From contig NC_010482.1 of assembly GCF_000019605.1 (NCBI RefSeq), positions 630,001-662,000 on the forward strand: a stretch of 32,000 nucleotides of DNA, written 5' to 3'. A program made the position numbers and the translations under genes. The stretch is from Candidatus Korarchaeum cryptofilum OPF8 (GTDB taxonomy: Archaea > Korarchaeota > Korarchaeia > Korarchaeales > Korarchaeaceae). The notes beneath the pieces are model-generated. The model worked only from the letters and a program-made list of their open reading frames with translations, was not told the origin of the DNA and made no database searches. Positions 1-7,819 of the stretch are shown piece by piece. Position 1 is the first letter of the stretch; each line of letters opens with the position of its first letter.

Positions 1-101
1 CTCAACTACGCGAAGCTCCTAGGGGATCCCTCATTCGAGGAAGCTAGGGCATCTTTAAGAGCAGCACTGGATTATCTCGAACTCTCTAAGAGGACATATT
101 A

Positions 102-384
102 GTGAGGGAGAGATACGTAAAAGAAGCATTCGACGCTCTTTTCCATGCAGCGAGGATAGCATCAATGGTCTATCTCTCAACAGAGGTGGGGAGATGGGGG
201 ACCATCAGAAAGGGACTTGAGGAGCCCTACAGAACGTTTCAATGATTTCTTGGAGGTGCTTCACATAAAGTACTTTTATAATGGGGAGTATCCGAGAGAG
301 GGGCTTGAGGAGGAGTTCCATAAATGGTTCAGGAGAGTTGAGGATTATATCTCGAGCTTAGAATCGAAAGTTAAATCTAGATGA
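102..384 (+). pseudogene. HEPN/PaREP1-like helical domain gene split by a frameshift near 240 (frame 3: 102-245; frame 1: 241-384)
   Basis: Hand translation from GTG102 gives VRERYVKEAFDALFHAARIASMVYLSTEVGRWGTIRKGLEEPYRTFQ*. One frame over it continues NDFLEVLHIKYFYNGEYPREGLEEEFHKWFRRVEDYISSLESKVKSR*. Joined, this is about 95 aa with an all-helical pattern typical of HEPN-type proteins. A further open frame (1-102, ...EEARASLRAALDYLELSKRTY*) enters from the window edge. Family call rests on remembered motifs only. Confidence 0.35.
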
Positions 385-573
385 CCTCTAGCACCTCAGA
401 ATGTTTTTAGGAGGTTCATAAATGGTGGCATGCTTTTACGCATTCATTGAGAGGATAAGTGGTGGCTTGGAGCCTCGGGAGTATTCTTCGATCCACGGAT
501 TATATTGGGCCTGTGACACGCGCATTAAAGTAGCGGGATCTCATATTGAAGCTACTAGCTGCTGGGATGAGCT

Positions 574-1272
574 GTGGAGGTACTTCCTCTCAGCTTTCCG
601 GAATATGCGAGGGTGAGAGAGGTTGAATTGAGGATCAGTGAGTACAGCAGAATTCTCTCGGCTTTTGATGAATATCTCGAGACCGGAGGATTTCCCAGGA
701 GCATAAATGGAGATGAAAGATTTCCGGAGGATCTAATTGCCAGCATCGAGATGGACTCCGTTAAGTCGGGAAGAAATCCCAGGATTCTGAGGCTTATAGC
801 TAAATCGATAATAGAGAAGGCTCCTAGTGCCATCAGCTTCAACTCAATCGCTGGAGATCTTGGGATATCGCACAACACTGTCCATGATTATGTAAGGCTG
901 ATGGAGGACATGTTCCTCCTTGGAGTAGCTTACTTAAAGGAAGATGGGAAGATCATCTACAGAAGGGAGAAGAAGATCTTCATCAGGGATCCATTCATTG
1001 CAATATCTCTCTCAAAGCTCCTCGGGGCGGATCTCTCAAGAGCAGCTCTCCTTGAGTGGGTCGTTCAGGAGCACGTCCTAAGGGCATTCGGGGAAGTTTA
1101 CTTCTGGAGGAATGGACTCGAGGTGGATGTCATTTCTGGAAAGCTGAAAGTCGAGGTTAAGGCTGGAAAGCCTCACAGGAGATATCCCAGAGGTGTCACA
1201 GTCCTTTCCGAAGAGGATATACCGGCTTTCCTCCTGAACTTAGAAGATAGGGAAATCAGACTTCCTAACTAG
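574..1272 (+). CDS. COG1373-type ATPase, C-terminal part only (DUF4143-like plus nuclease-like tail); 5'-truncated, probable pseudogene
   Basis: The ORF starts exactly at LPLSFPEY, the motif that follows the AAA domain in full-length COG1373 (AAA_14+DUF4143) proteins. The tail carries EVD...EVK. There is no Walker A upstream, only out-of-frame remnants (VFFDP, IKVAGS) at about 480-575. Confidence 0.6.
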   Translation: MEVLPLSFPEYARVREVELRISEYSRILSAFDEYLETGGFPRSINGDERFPEDLIASIEMDSVKSGRNPRILRLIAKSIIEKAPSAISFNSIAGDLGISHNTVHDYVRLMEDMFLLGVAYLKEDGKIIYRREKKIFIRDPFIAISLSKLLGADLSRAALLEWVVQEHVLRAFGEVYFWRNGLEVDVISGKLKVEVKAGKPHRRYPRGVTVLSEEDIPAFLLNLEDREIRLPN

Positions 1273-1279
1273 GAAACGG

Positions 1280-1891
1280 TCATCTGCTCTCCAGGATCTT
1301 CCTTATCTCAGCAGGTCTCCTCACTATCTTGACCCCCATCCTATCAGCGAAATCAGCGACTCTCTTTGGTATAATCCCTGATCTCGAGTATATTATCAGG
1401 AGATCCGGTTTCCTTCCCCAATCCTCCTCTATAACGCCGATCCCATCCTTCAGCTGCCTTACGTCCTCTATCTTAGGCTTTATCGCTATATCTATGGATG
1501 CTAAGATTCCCCTTCCCTCTATCACGATATCCGCCCCCGCTCCATCCCAGATGAAGACCTCGTAATCCGGGGCATTCTTCCTGAACCATCCCTGAAGCAT
1601 CAATCCAGTTCTGAACTCCACATCCCTTCCCCTCAGCCTCCCAGTTTCCCCGAGAAGTCTTTTCACGTTTTCAGTCAGTTTATCTATGTTTTCAGTACTC
1701 TTATCAACTTTCTCCGTCAATTTTGCTATATTCTCAGTATTTCTATCAATTTCCCTCTCTATATGGAATATTAAATCTAGGAGAGGCTTGAACACATCTC
1801 TGAACACTATCCTTCCCGCTTCCTCGTATTTTCCTCTCCTTATAGCCTCTAGCACGACATCCTCAGCCTTCTTCAATGCTTCTTCCATCAT
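1280..1891 (-). CDS. DUF3782-like coiled-coil protein with a C-terminal restriction-endonuclease-like alpha/beta domain
   Basis: The N-terminal part has repeated TENIAKLTEKVDKSTENIDKLTENV heptads. The C-terminal part reads ADIVIEGRGILASIDIAIKPKIEDV...LLIIYSRSG...MGVKIV, resembling a multi-copy family of hyperthermophiles. An own TATA (tctttttaag on the minus strand) lies about 25 nt upstream of the ATG. Confidence 0.5.
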   Translation of the reverse strand: MMEEALKKAEDVVLEAIRRGKYEEAGRIVFRDVFKPLLDLIFHIEREIDRNTENIAKLTEKVDKSTENIDKLTENVKRLLGETGRLRGRDVEFRTGLMLQGWFRKNAPDYEVFIWDGAGADIVIEGRGILASIDIAIKPKIEDVRQLKDGIGVIEEDWGRKPDLLIIYSRSGIIPKRVADFADRMGVKIVRRPAEIRKILESR

Positions 1892-1900
1892 GGCAATACC

Positions 1901-1915
1901 TTAAGATGATCTTAA
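1901..1915. promoter_or_regulatory. Perfect 15-nt palindrome TTAAGATgATCTTAA overlapping the TATA box of the 1280-1891 gene; extra half-site TTAAGATG at 1942-1949
   Basis: Base-by-base check: positions 1901-1907 pair with 1915-1909 around centre 1908. The minus-strand TATA tctttttaag spans about 1911-1920. Confidence 0.5.
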
Positions 1916-1961
1916 AAAGATTACAAAGGTCATCCAATCCATTAAGATGCGCTGCGATGGC

Positions 1962-2225
1962 CTATGTGCCTGTCAGCCTCTCCTTCAACAAGTTTATTAT
2001 ATCAGATTTTATGGATGATACCTCCTGCCTCAGCAACTTCACTTCCTCCTTCAGATCGTCTATCCTCCTATTCGTATCATCTATCCTCTTGTTTATCTGG
2101 TCGAGGAGGAGGATTATTACATCGATGCTAGTGAGCTTCTTCCCCTCAGTTATCTTCTTCGCTATCCTCTCGGATGCCTGCCTGAGTGCCTCCTCCAGGA
2201 CTGATGCGACTACAGCTTCTGCCAC
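1962..2225 (-). CDS. Small (87 aa) coiled-coil protein, unknown function
   Basis: All-helical, heptad-rich sequence (INKRIDDTNRRIDDLKEEVKLLRQEV). The GTG start lies about 27 nt downstream of a TATA element (ggatataaatg, 2247-2257), consistent with a leaderless mRNA. Confidence 0.5.
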   Translation of the reverse strand: MAEAVVASVLEEALRQASERIAKKITEGKKLTSIDVIILLLDQINKRIDDTNRRIDDLKEEVKLLRQEVSSIKSDIINLLKERLTGT

Positions 2226-2512
2226 AGGGGAAGCTGCTGAAGGAGGGATATAAATGTATTCTTTTATCGAGTCACCTTCTCAATATCTCTGGGGAATAGA
2301 AACTGACGGGACCATGCAGGGGCATGAGATAGGCAGTTGATGAATCGTGTTCGATAACCCTATCTGAAGTGAGTCTTATGGAGAATAATTACACGAGCTG
2401 AGCTCTGAATGAGAAGTTCCACGTATATTATAAATATCCGCTAGCCTGAGGATTGGAAGTAAATCCTCATGAAGATTTGAAATATTATAAGCTCCTCACT
2501 CGAGACTACCGG

Positions 2513-3457
2513 ATGCGTATGGAGTTCAGGTATATAGGCGATGTCAAGGTCTCGGAGGTGGGCTTGGGGACCTGGCAGTTCAGCGACTCCTGGGGAGTGA
2601 CTAACTACGATCTCGCCAAGTCCATCATAGAGAGAGCTCTGGATGTCGGAGTGAACTTCTTCGATACCGCAGCTGTATATGGAATGGGGATGAGCGAGAG
2701 GTTCCTCGGGCAGGCCCTCAAGGAGCTGGGGGAGAGGGAGAACGTCTTCATAGCTACTAAGATACCCGGGGAATTCTTATCCAGGCACGACGTATTTAAA
2801 GCTACCAAGAGGTCCATGGAGAGGCTGGGGAGCTACATAGATCTAATGCAGGTCCACTGGCCCCCCTGCTGGGATAACATACCGACGTGCGAGTACATGA
2901 GAGCTTTAGAGGAGTTAGTCCACATAGGGGTGATAAGGATGATAGGGCTCAGCGATTTCCCCCCTGAGCTCATAGAATCTGCCTGGTCCTGCCTATCAAC
3001 TGAGGATATAGTCAGCATCCAGGTGAAGTACAACTTAGTTGAGAGGGATGCTGAGAAGGAGATAATCCCTTACGCAGAGGCATATGATTTGAGCGTTCTT
3101 GCATGGTCCCCTCTAGCTAAAGGAGCCCTTTCAGGGAAGTACAGGCCCGAGAACCTTCCGGAGTTCAGCGATGTCAGGGAGGGCTCCGCTGTATTCCATC
3201 CCGAGAACTTCAGGCAGGTTTATGAGATAGTGAAGTTGCTTGAGGAGATTGGAGCAAAGTACGGGAAGAAACCATCTCAAGTGGCTTTGAAATGGCTTCT
3301 CATGGCTAGTGAGAAGGTGATAGTGATACCTGGAGCTAAGAGCCCGGAGCAAGTGGAGGAGAATACAGGGGCATCGGGTTGGACCATGAGCTTAGATGAT
3401 TGGATGAAGCTGGAGGAGGAGAGCGGTAAGATAAGGATAACTAGGGTTCTTTGGTAG
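2513..3457 (+). CDS. Aldo/keto reductase family oxidoreductase
   Basis: Motifs GLGTWQF, FFDTAAVYGMG.SE..LG, IATK, LMQVHWP, PGAKSPEQVEEN. The start is moved to ATG 2513 (MRMEFRYIG...) because the TATA tattataaatat at about 2426-2437 lies just upstream of the track start 2453. Confidence 0.85.
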   Translation: MRMEFRYIGDVKVSEVGLGTWQFSDSWGVTNYDLAKSIIERALDVGVNFFDTAAVYGMGMSERFLGQALKELGERENVFIATKIPGEFLSRHDVFKATKRSMERLGSYIDLMQVHWPPCWDNIPTCEYMRALEELVHIGVIRMIGLSDFPPELIESAWSCLSTEDIVSIQVKYNLVERDAEKEIIPYAEAYDLSVLAWSPLAKGALSGKYRPENLPEFSDVREGSAVFHPENFRQVYEIVKLLEEIGAKYGKKPSQVALKWLLMASEKVIVIPGAKSPEQVEENTGASGWTMSLDDWMKLEEESGKIRITRVLW

Positions 3458-3810
3458 ATAGGTTCAGTTGATCACAAACAGAATAGAGGTGCAGCGCTAA
3501 AGAAACCTTCTCCATCCTTGCATTCTACATTTTTATCTATTCTGAGAGAAAATATCCAAAAAGCAGACCTCCTCATCCTCCCTCCTCTCCTCAATCAGCT
3601 CTCTATAAGCGAGCTCGAACTCAGGGATAGGTCTGCAAGTATCCTCTAACATGAGATCTTTTTCCTCTCCCGTTAGATGGCATCATCGCCTCATTTAGAT
3701 TCATTCTCCTTTCAAAAATCGATAGAAGCTTAGAAACTATCCTTAGGAGTGCTTTCCCGACTCCTTATATGGTAGAAGCCGAGATCGCAGCGAGGATTGA
3801 TGTGGACTCA

Positions 3811-3830
3811 GGTTATACTTATATATAACC
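3811..3830. promoter_or_regulatory. TATA region of the AbiE pair embedded in an inverted repeat ggttata-N6-tataacc
   Basis: ggttata (3811-3817) and tataacc (3824-3830) are reverse complements. The spacer cttata makes the whole element A/T-rich. GTG 3843 follows about 22 nt from its centre. Confidence 0.4.
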
Positions 3831-3842
3831 TAGGTCTATATT

Positions 3843-4412
3843 GTGGAACCCAGGAGGATCCCTCTTATCAAGATACTCAAGGGGAGGCTCTTGAAGATAG
3901 CTGAGCTCCAAGATACGGTGATTCTAGAGCTCTCCAGGAGATTCAACTTCGTCCTCCATGGAGGTCTAGCTGTCTGGAGGGTTTACGGAGGGAAGAGGTT
4001 CTCATTGGACATAGATATCTATCATGATAATCCTAGAGAGGTGAACATCCCATTTAAATCCACGAGAGTGCTCACAGCATCGGGAGTCCTTTATTTGAGA
4101 ATCAAGGATGATGTTGAAATCGAGCTCGAGGCATCCCCCATGTTTGAGGAGGTAGTGGAGGCAGATTACTGGCTCGTCGATGGGAGTAGCATCGTCGTCA
4201 GGACTCTCAAACAAGAGGAGCTCGTCAGGGAGAAGGTGAGGGCATTCCTGGAGAGGGGGAAAGCGAGGGACCTCTACGATATCTACTACCTCCTGGACCT
4301 ATGCGATCCCGAGCTCATAAGGGAGGATATGAGAGTCCTCTCAGGGAAATTGAGGATGCCTGATGATTTCTCAGGACTTAAGGAGCTCATATTGATGGGA
4401 GTCCCCCCCTAG
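3843..4412 (+). CDS. AbiEii/DUF1814-family nucleotidyltransferase (type IV TA toxin-like), minimal 189-aa form
   Basis: HGGLAVWRVYGGKRFSLDIDIY matches the GGtAl...R.S.DiDf NTase motif. ARDLYDIYYLLD matches the C-terminal RDlyDl motif of the family. Confidence 0.7.
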   Translation: MEPRRIPLIKILKGRLLKIAELQDTVILELSRRFNFVLHGGLAVWRVYGGKRFSLDIDIYHDNPREVNIPFKSTRVLTASGVLYLRIKDDVEIELEASPMFEEVVEADYWLVDGSSIVVRTLKQEELVREKVRAFLERGKARDLYDIYYLLDLCDPELIREDMRVLSGKLRMPDDFSGLKELILMGVPP

Positions 4413-4444
4413 CTTCGATGCTATAGAGAGGAAGGTGAGGAAGT

Positions 4445-5041
4445 ATGCCTCACTATAAGTACTCACAACTCCTGGAAGAGCTCAGGAGATCCTCCCTCTT
4501 CACTTACAGTTTCGTTGAGCGGGCTGCCGGTAGCTACGCGAAGCTCCTGATCCACAGGCTGAGGGAGAGAGGGGAAATAGAGGAGCTCATTAAAGGGGTC
4601 TACACATTCAAGAAGTCTCCCTACATGATTGTGAAGGCAATCCCTTCTTATATAGGTCTAGGATCAGCTGCATTCCTCCATGGAGCCTGGGATCAAGTGA
4701 CAGCTATAACAGTACTCTCCCCTATGGTCTCGAGCTCGATAAAGGGAGGGATGAGGGAGATAGCTGGATACAAAGTATATCTCAGGAGGATCTCTGAGAA
4801 GATGTACTTCGGGTACGATTACATATTCATAGATGAGATAGGGGAGTTCTTGAGGGTGAGCGATCCTGAGAAGACCCTGATAGACATCTTATACTACAGA
4901 TATCCTTTCAGGGACGAGATAATTCCGAGGCTCGTTGAGATAGTGGATAGGGGGAAGCTGATGAATTACGCTGATGAGATTAGGAGGAGAGGGGTTAGGG
5001 AGTGGAGGTCTTTGAGCAACTATCTCGAGAACCTCCTATGA
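4445..5041 (+). CDS. AbiEi-like (COG5340-type) wHTH transcriptional regulator / antitoxin
   Basis: wHTH LLIHRLRERGEIEELIKGVYTF, then IPSYIGLGSAAFLHGAWDQVTAITV and RVSDPEKTLIDILYY, the usual AbiEi layout. A GGTGAGGA Shine-Dalgarno sequence lies just upstream of the ATG. Confidence 0.7.
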   Translation: MPHYKYSQLLEELRRSSLFTYSFVERAAGSYAKLLIHRLRERGEIEELIKGVYTFKKSPYMIVKAIPSYIGLGSAAFLHGAWDQVTAITVLSPMVSSSIKGGMREIAGYKVYLRRISEKMYFGYDYIFIDEIGEFLRVSDPEKTLIDILYYRYPFRDEIIPRLVEIVDRGKLMNYADEIRRRGVREWRSLSNYLENLL

Positions 5042-5058
5042 GCTAGGATATGCTGAGC

Positions 5059-6330
5059 TTAGATCTGAGAGAATCCTAAATGCTTATCATTACTGGAGGC
5101 TGTTCTTTCATTGAGGACGCTATCCAGATCCCATACCTCAACTTTTTCAGGCTCTTTAGGGAGATCCTCCCTCCTTGGGACGAAAAGGATCCTCCTGCAT
5201 GGAAATCTTGAGAGTTTCTCCTCCAAGGATCTTATTTCTCCCCCTGAAAAGCTCTCCTTCCACTTCACTTCCACGACAGCCACTAGCCTCTTGAAATCCG
5301 TCAGAGCAGCATCCACCTCATAATCCCTCTCCACTATCTTCTCGCACCAGAGGCCCATCTCTTTCGAGAGAAGATTAGAGAAGAATTGCTCAGCGTAATG
5401 AGGCATCCTCTCATTCAGCACCTTCTCAGCCTGATCTTCCTGAATCTCCCTCTCGCTGATCCCATATTTCGCATCTAGATAATAGTAGTAATCTATCACG
5501 GGGGATGAGTGCCTGTAGTAGTACTTATTCCTCCCGTGGAGCTTCACCCTCTCCAAAATCCCTATGCCCTCCAGTATCTTAAGGTAGGGATGCACCAGGC
5601 TCGGATCCTGAGCCGGGATTAATCTGAGTGAATAAAGCTGGGAGGCTATTTCCGTTGATACCTGCTTCCCATGGGCCACAGCCTTGAGTATGCCATCGTA
5701 GATTCGGGAGTATGTCCTCTCCTCCTCCGTGAATATCTCGCCTATCAGAGAGGGTACGGTCAGTTTAGCTGTGCTAGGAAGGGCTCTGAAGAAGTTCTCA
5801 GCCTTCTCCCAGATCGGGATGAGCCAGGGCTCCCTTAAGAATATGGAATACTCCACTAATTTTTTCTTATCTCCCACTCTGCCCCTTAAATTCTTAAGAA
5901 TATCCCTCTCGTCTATTAAACCCATCTTGAAATCTGAGAAGAGCCCCAGAACTGGAGAGCTCTTTCCCATGAGCTCCTTCGTCAGCCATAGAGTTGATGA
6001 TATAGCGATCAACCTCCCCCTCACTCCGGTCTTGTGGAGCAGGTCCAGGAACTCCCCGGGGAGGCGCTGTATCTCATCTATTACTACGGTCTCATCCCTC
6101 TCCAGGCATTGGATCGCTTCCCTCTTGAAAGCCTCATAGCTCAGGGTCGAGTCGTCCTCGAATATGGTCCCGCTCCTGCCGATGAAGTAATACCTATCAT
6201 AGCCCATGGATCTTATGAAGTAGCTCTTCCCGACCTTCCTCCTCCCGTAGACTAGGGTCCACCTCCCGGTGTTCCTGAACCTCTCCAAATCGCTAAACCT
6301 GATTATACTAACCACAATTAGTATAATCAT
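5059..6330 (-). CDS. Archaeal ATPase family protein (Arch_ATPase P-loop plus DUF234 nuclease-like C-terminus)
   Basis: Walker A YGRRKVGKS, Walker B VVIDEIQRL, C-terminal YEVDAAL...AVVEVKWK (D...EVK). A ttataa TATA at 6339-6344 would favour a leaderless GTG start at 6315 over ATG 6330. Confidence 0.8.
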   Translation of the reverse strand: MIILIVVSIIRFSDLERFRNTGRWTLVYGRRKVGKSYFIRSMGYDRYYFIGRSGTIFEDDSTLSYEAFKREAIQCLERDETVVIDEIQRLPGEFLDLLHKTGVRGRLIAISSTLWLTKELMGKSSPVLGLFSDFKMGLIDERDILKNLRGRVGDKKKLVEYSIFLREPWLIPIWEKAENFFRALPSTAKLTVPSLIGEIFTEEERTYSRIYDGILKAVAHGKQVSTEIASQLYSLRLIPAQDPSLVHPYLKILEGIGILERVKLHGRNKYYYRHSSPVIDYYYYLDAKYGISEREIQEDQAEKVLNERMPHYAEQFFSNLLSKEMGLWCEKIVERDYEVDAALTDFKRLVAVVEVKWKESFSGGEIRSLEEKLSRFPCRRILFVPRREDLPKEPEKVEVWDLDSVLNERTASSNDKHLGFSQI

Positions 6331-6409
6331 GGTTAGTGTTATAAGCCTTTCGCTCGGCGATACTCGATAGGCCAGCTATTTCAACTCCCATCTTCGACCT
6401 GCATCCGGC

Positions 6410-7762
6410 TTAAGTGCATTCCTGATCGCAGAGCTCAGCTAGGCTCACCTGCCTCACGCCCTCCTCCGGCTCAAACGTGAAGCCACTCCTGGAATAGATG
6501 TAGTAGACTTCCCTCCTCTCCCCCCTCCTCCATTCGAACTCCTCAGCCTTCCTCTCGAGCTCCCTCAGGACGGATTTGTCCAGGGGATTCCTGGACCATT
6601 TAGCCTCCATGAAATAAGCTATCCCTTCCCTCTCATCTACAGCCACTCCATCTATCTCCACTCCGCCCCGCCACCACCTGCCGGCTCTCAGCTGTACTGA
6701 ATGGGAGAAGTGCTCGAGGGCTATCTCCTCGAATATCTTAGAAACGTATTCATCCAGTCTCTCCGAGATCCTCGCAGCAACCCTTTCCACTTCCCCTAGC
6801 TCGAGGAGGTGGAGGTTAGGCCTTACGTATGTGAACCAGAAGCTGAGGAAATTATCCTTTATGAAGTATCTGGCCCTCCCGCGTCTTCCCTCCTCTAGCA
6901 GAGGGTACCTCCTCTCCACAATATCGAGGAGAGCTTCTAGAGTCATCATGTACCTCGGCAGCTCGCTGGATGAGAGCCCGCTCTTGGATGCTATCTCCCC
7001 CAGCGTAGTAGCTCCCGATGCCATTGCCTCGAGTATCGTCATGTATCTAAGAGGCTCCCTTGTCTCAGTTGCCAGAAGGAAATAGGGTTCCTCGTGCAAA
7101 GGCCCCGTCGGCTCCAATACCAGATTTTTGATGTTTTCGAGGAGGCTCTCATATCGAAGGAGCGATAAGTATGCGGGAACACCTCCGAAGACAGCGTAAG
7201 CCCTTACTCTATCCTCGCACGACCAAGTGAAGAACTCCTTAGCGCACCTGAACGTGAAGGGCCTCACCTTGAGCTGTCCCGTCCGCCTCCCGAAGATCGG
7301 AGAGGAGGATGAGAGGGCTACTCTCTCGACGACACCGACTGAGGAGCCGCTCAGCACTAGGAAGACATTGGATCCGCTGAGGAATTCATCCCAGGCTGCC
7401 TGCAGTTCATTGAGGAACCCCGGGTCGTACTCCGCCAATCTCTGGAACTCATCTATAGCTAAGATGATCCTCCCATTGTCGCTCTCCCTCGCTATGTATC
7501 TGAATAGCTCCTTATAGCTCCGTAATAGCGGTGGATGGACACCTAGTTGCTCGCTTATCGCCTCGGAGATCTCCTGAAGGATATTTCCAAGCTTGGAAAC
7601 CACGAAGTAAACGCTCCTCTTACCTGAGAGGAACTTCCTGAGCAGTAGCGTCTTGCCCACTCTCCTCCTCCCGTAAACGATTATCAGCTCAGCTCTATGC
7701 GAGCGGTACCTCTCCTCCAAGAAGCCGAGCTCCCCGCCCCTATTTATGAATGTGATCATCAT
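6410..7762 (-). CDS. Archaeal ATPase family protein (Arch_ATPase plus DUF234), distant paralogue of the downstream gene
   Basis: FINRGGELGFLEE, Walker A YGRRRVGKT, Walker B ILAIDEFQRL, C-terminal VEIDGVAV...YFMEAKWS (D...EAK). The start is placed at ATG 7762 (MMITFINR), about 27 nt from the TATA tatttatgaa (revcomp of 7785-7794). The track start 7789 lies inside that TATA. Confidence 0.8.
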   Translation of the reverse strand: MMITFINRGGELGFLEERYRSHRAELIIVYGRRRVGKTLLLRKFLSGKRSVYFVVSKLGNILQEISEAISEQLGVHPPLLRSYKELFRYIARESDNGRIILAIDEFQRLAEYDPGFLNELQAAWDEFLSGSNVFLVLSGSSVGVVERVALSSSSPIFGRRTGQLKVRPFTFRCAKEFFTWSCEDRVRAYAVFGGVPAYLSLLRYESLLENIKNLVLEPTGPLHEEPYFLLATETREPLRYMTILEAMASGATTLGEIASKSGLSSSELPRYMMTLEALLDIVERRYPLLEEGRRGRARYFIKDNFLSFWFTYVRPNLHLLELGEVERVAARISERLDEYVSKIFEEIALEHFSHSVQLRAGRWWRGGVEIDGVAVDEREGIAYFMEAKWSRNPLDKSVLRELERKAEEFEWRRGERREVYYIYSRSGFTFEPEEGVRQVSLAELCDQECT

Positions 7763-7794
7763 GATTACAATCATCATGAACATATTCATAAATA
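7741..7794. promoter_or_regulatory. 54-bp near-perfect palindrome (26-nt arms, 23/26 matched, 2-nt spacer) spanning the promoter and 5' end of the 6410-7762 gene, just downstream of the methyltransferase stop
   Basis: Left arm tatttatgaatgtgatcatcatgatt (7741-7766). The right arm 7769-7794 reverse-complements to tatttatgaatatgttcatgatgatt. Mismatches are at arm positions 12, 15 and 20 only. Confidence 0.8.
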
Positions 7795-7819
7795 TAGCCC
7801 CGAGCGGACAGCTGCATCT

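Noticed and set aside
100-105. TAG followed by TGA at the HEPN-like locus as possible stop-codon recoding (pyrrolysine or selenocysteine).
   Set aside because: The downstream coding signal is in a different frame. No recoding machinery or signals are visible. A frameshift or gene decay is the simpler explanation.
422-616. 64-aa ORF upstream of the truncated COG1373 gene.
   Set aside because: It reads as out-of-frame debris of the lost AAA domain (IKVAGS...) rather than an independent gene.
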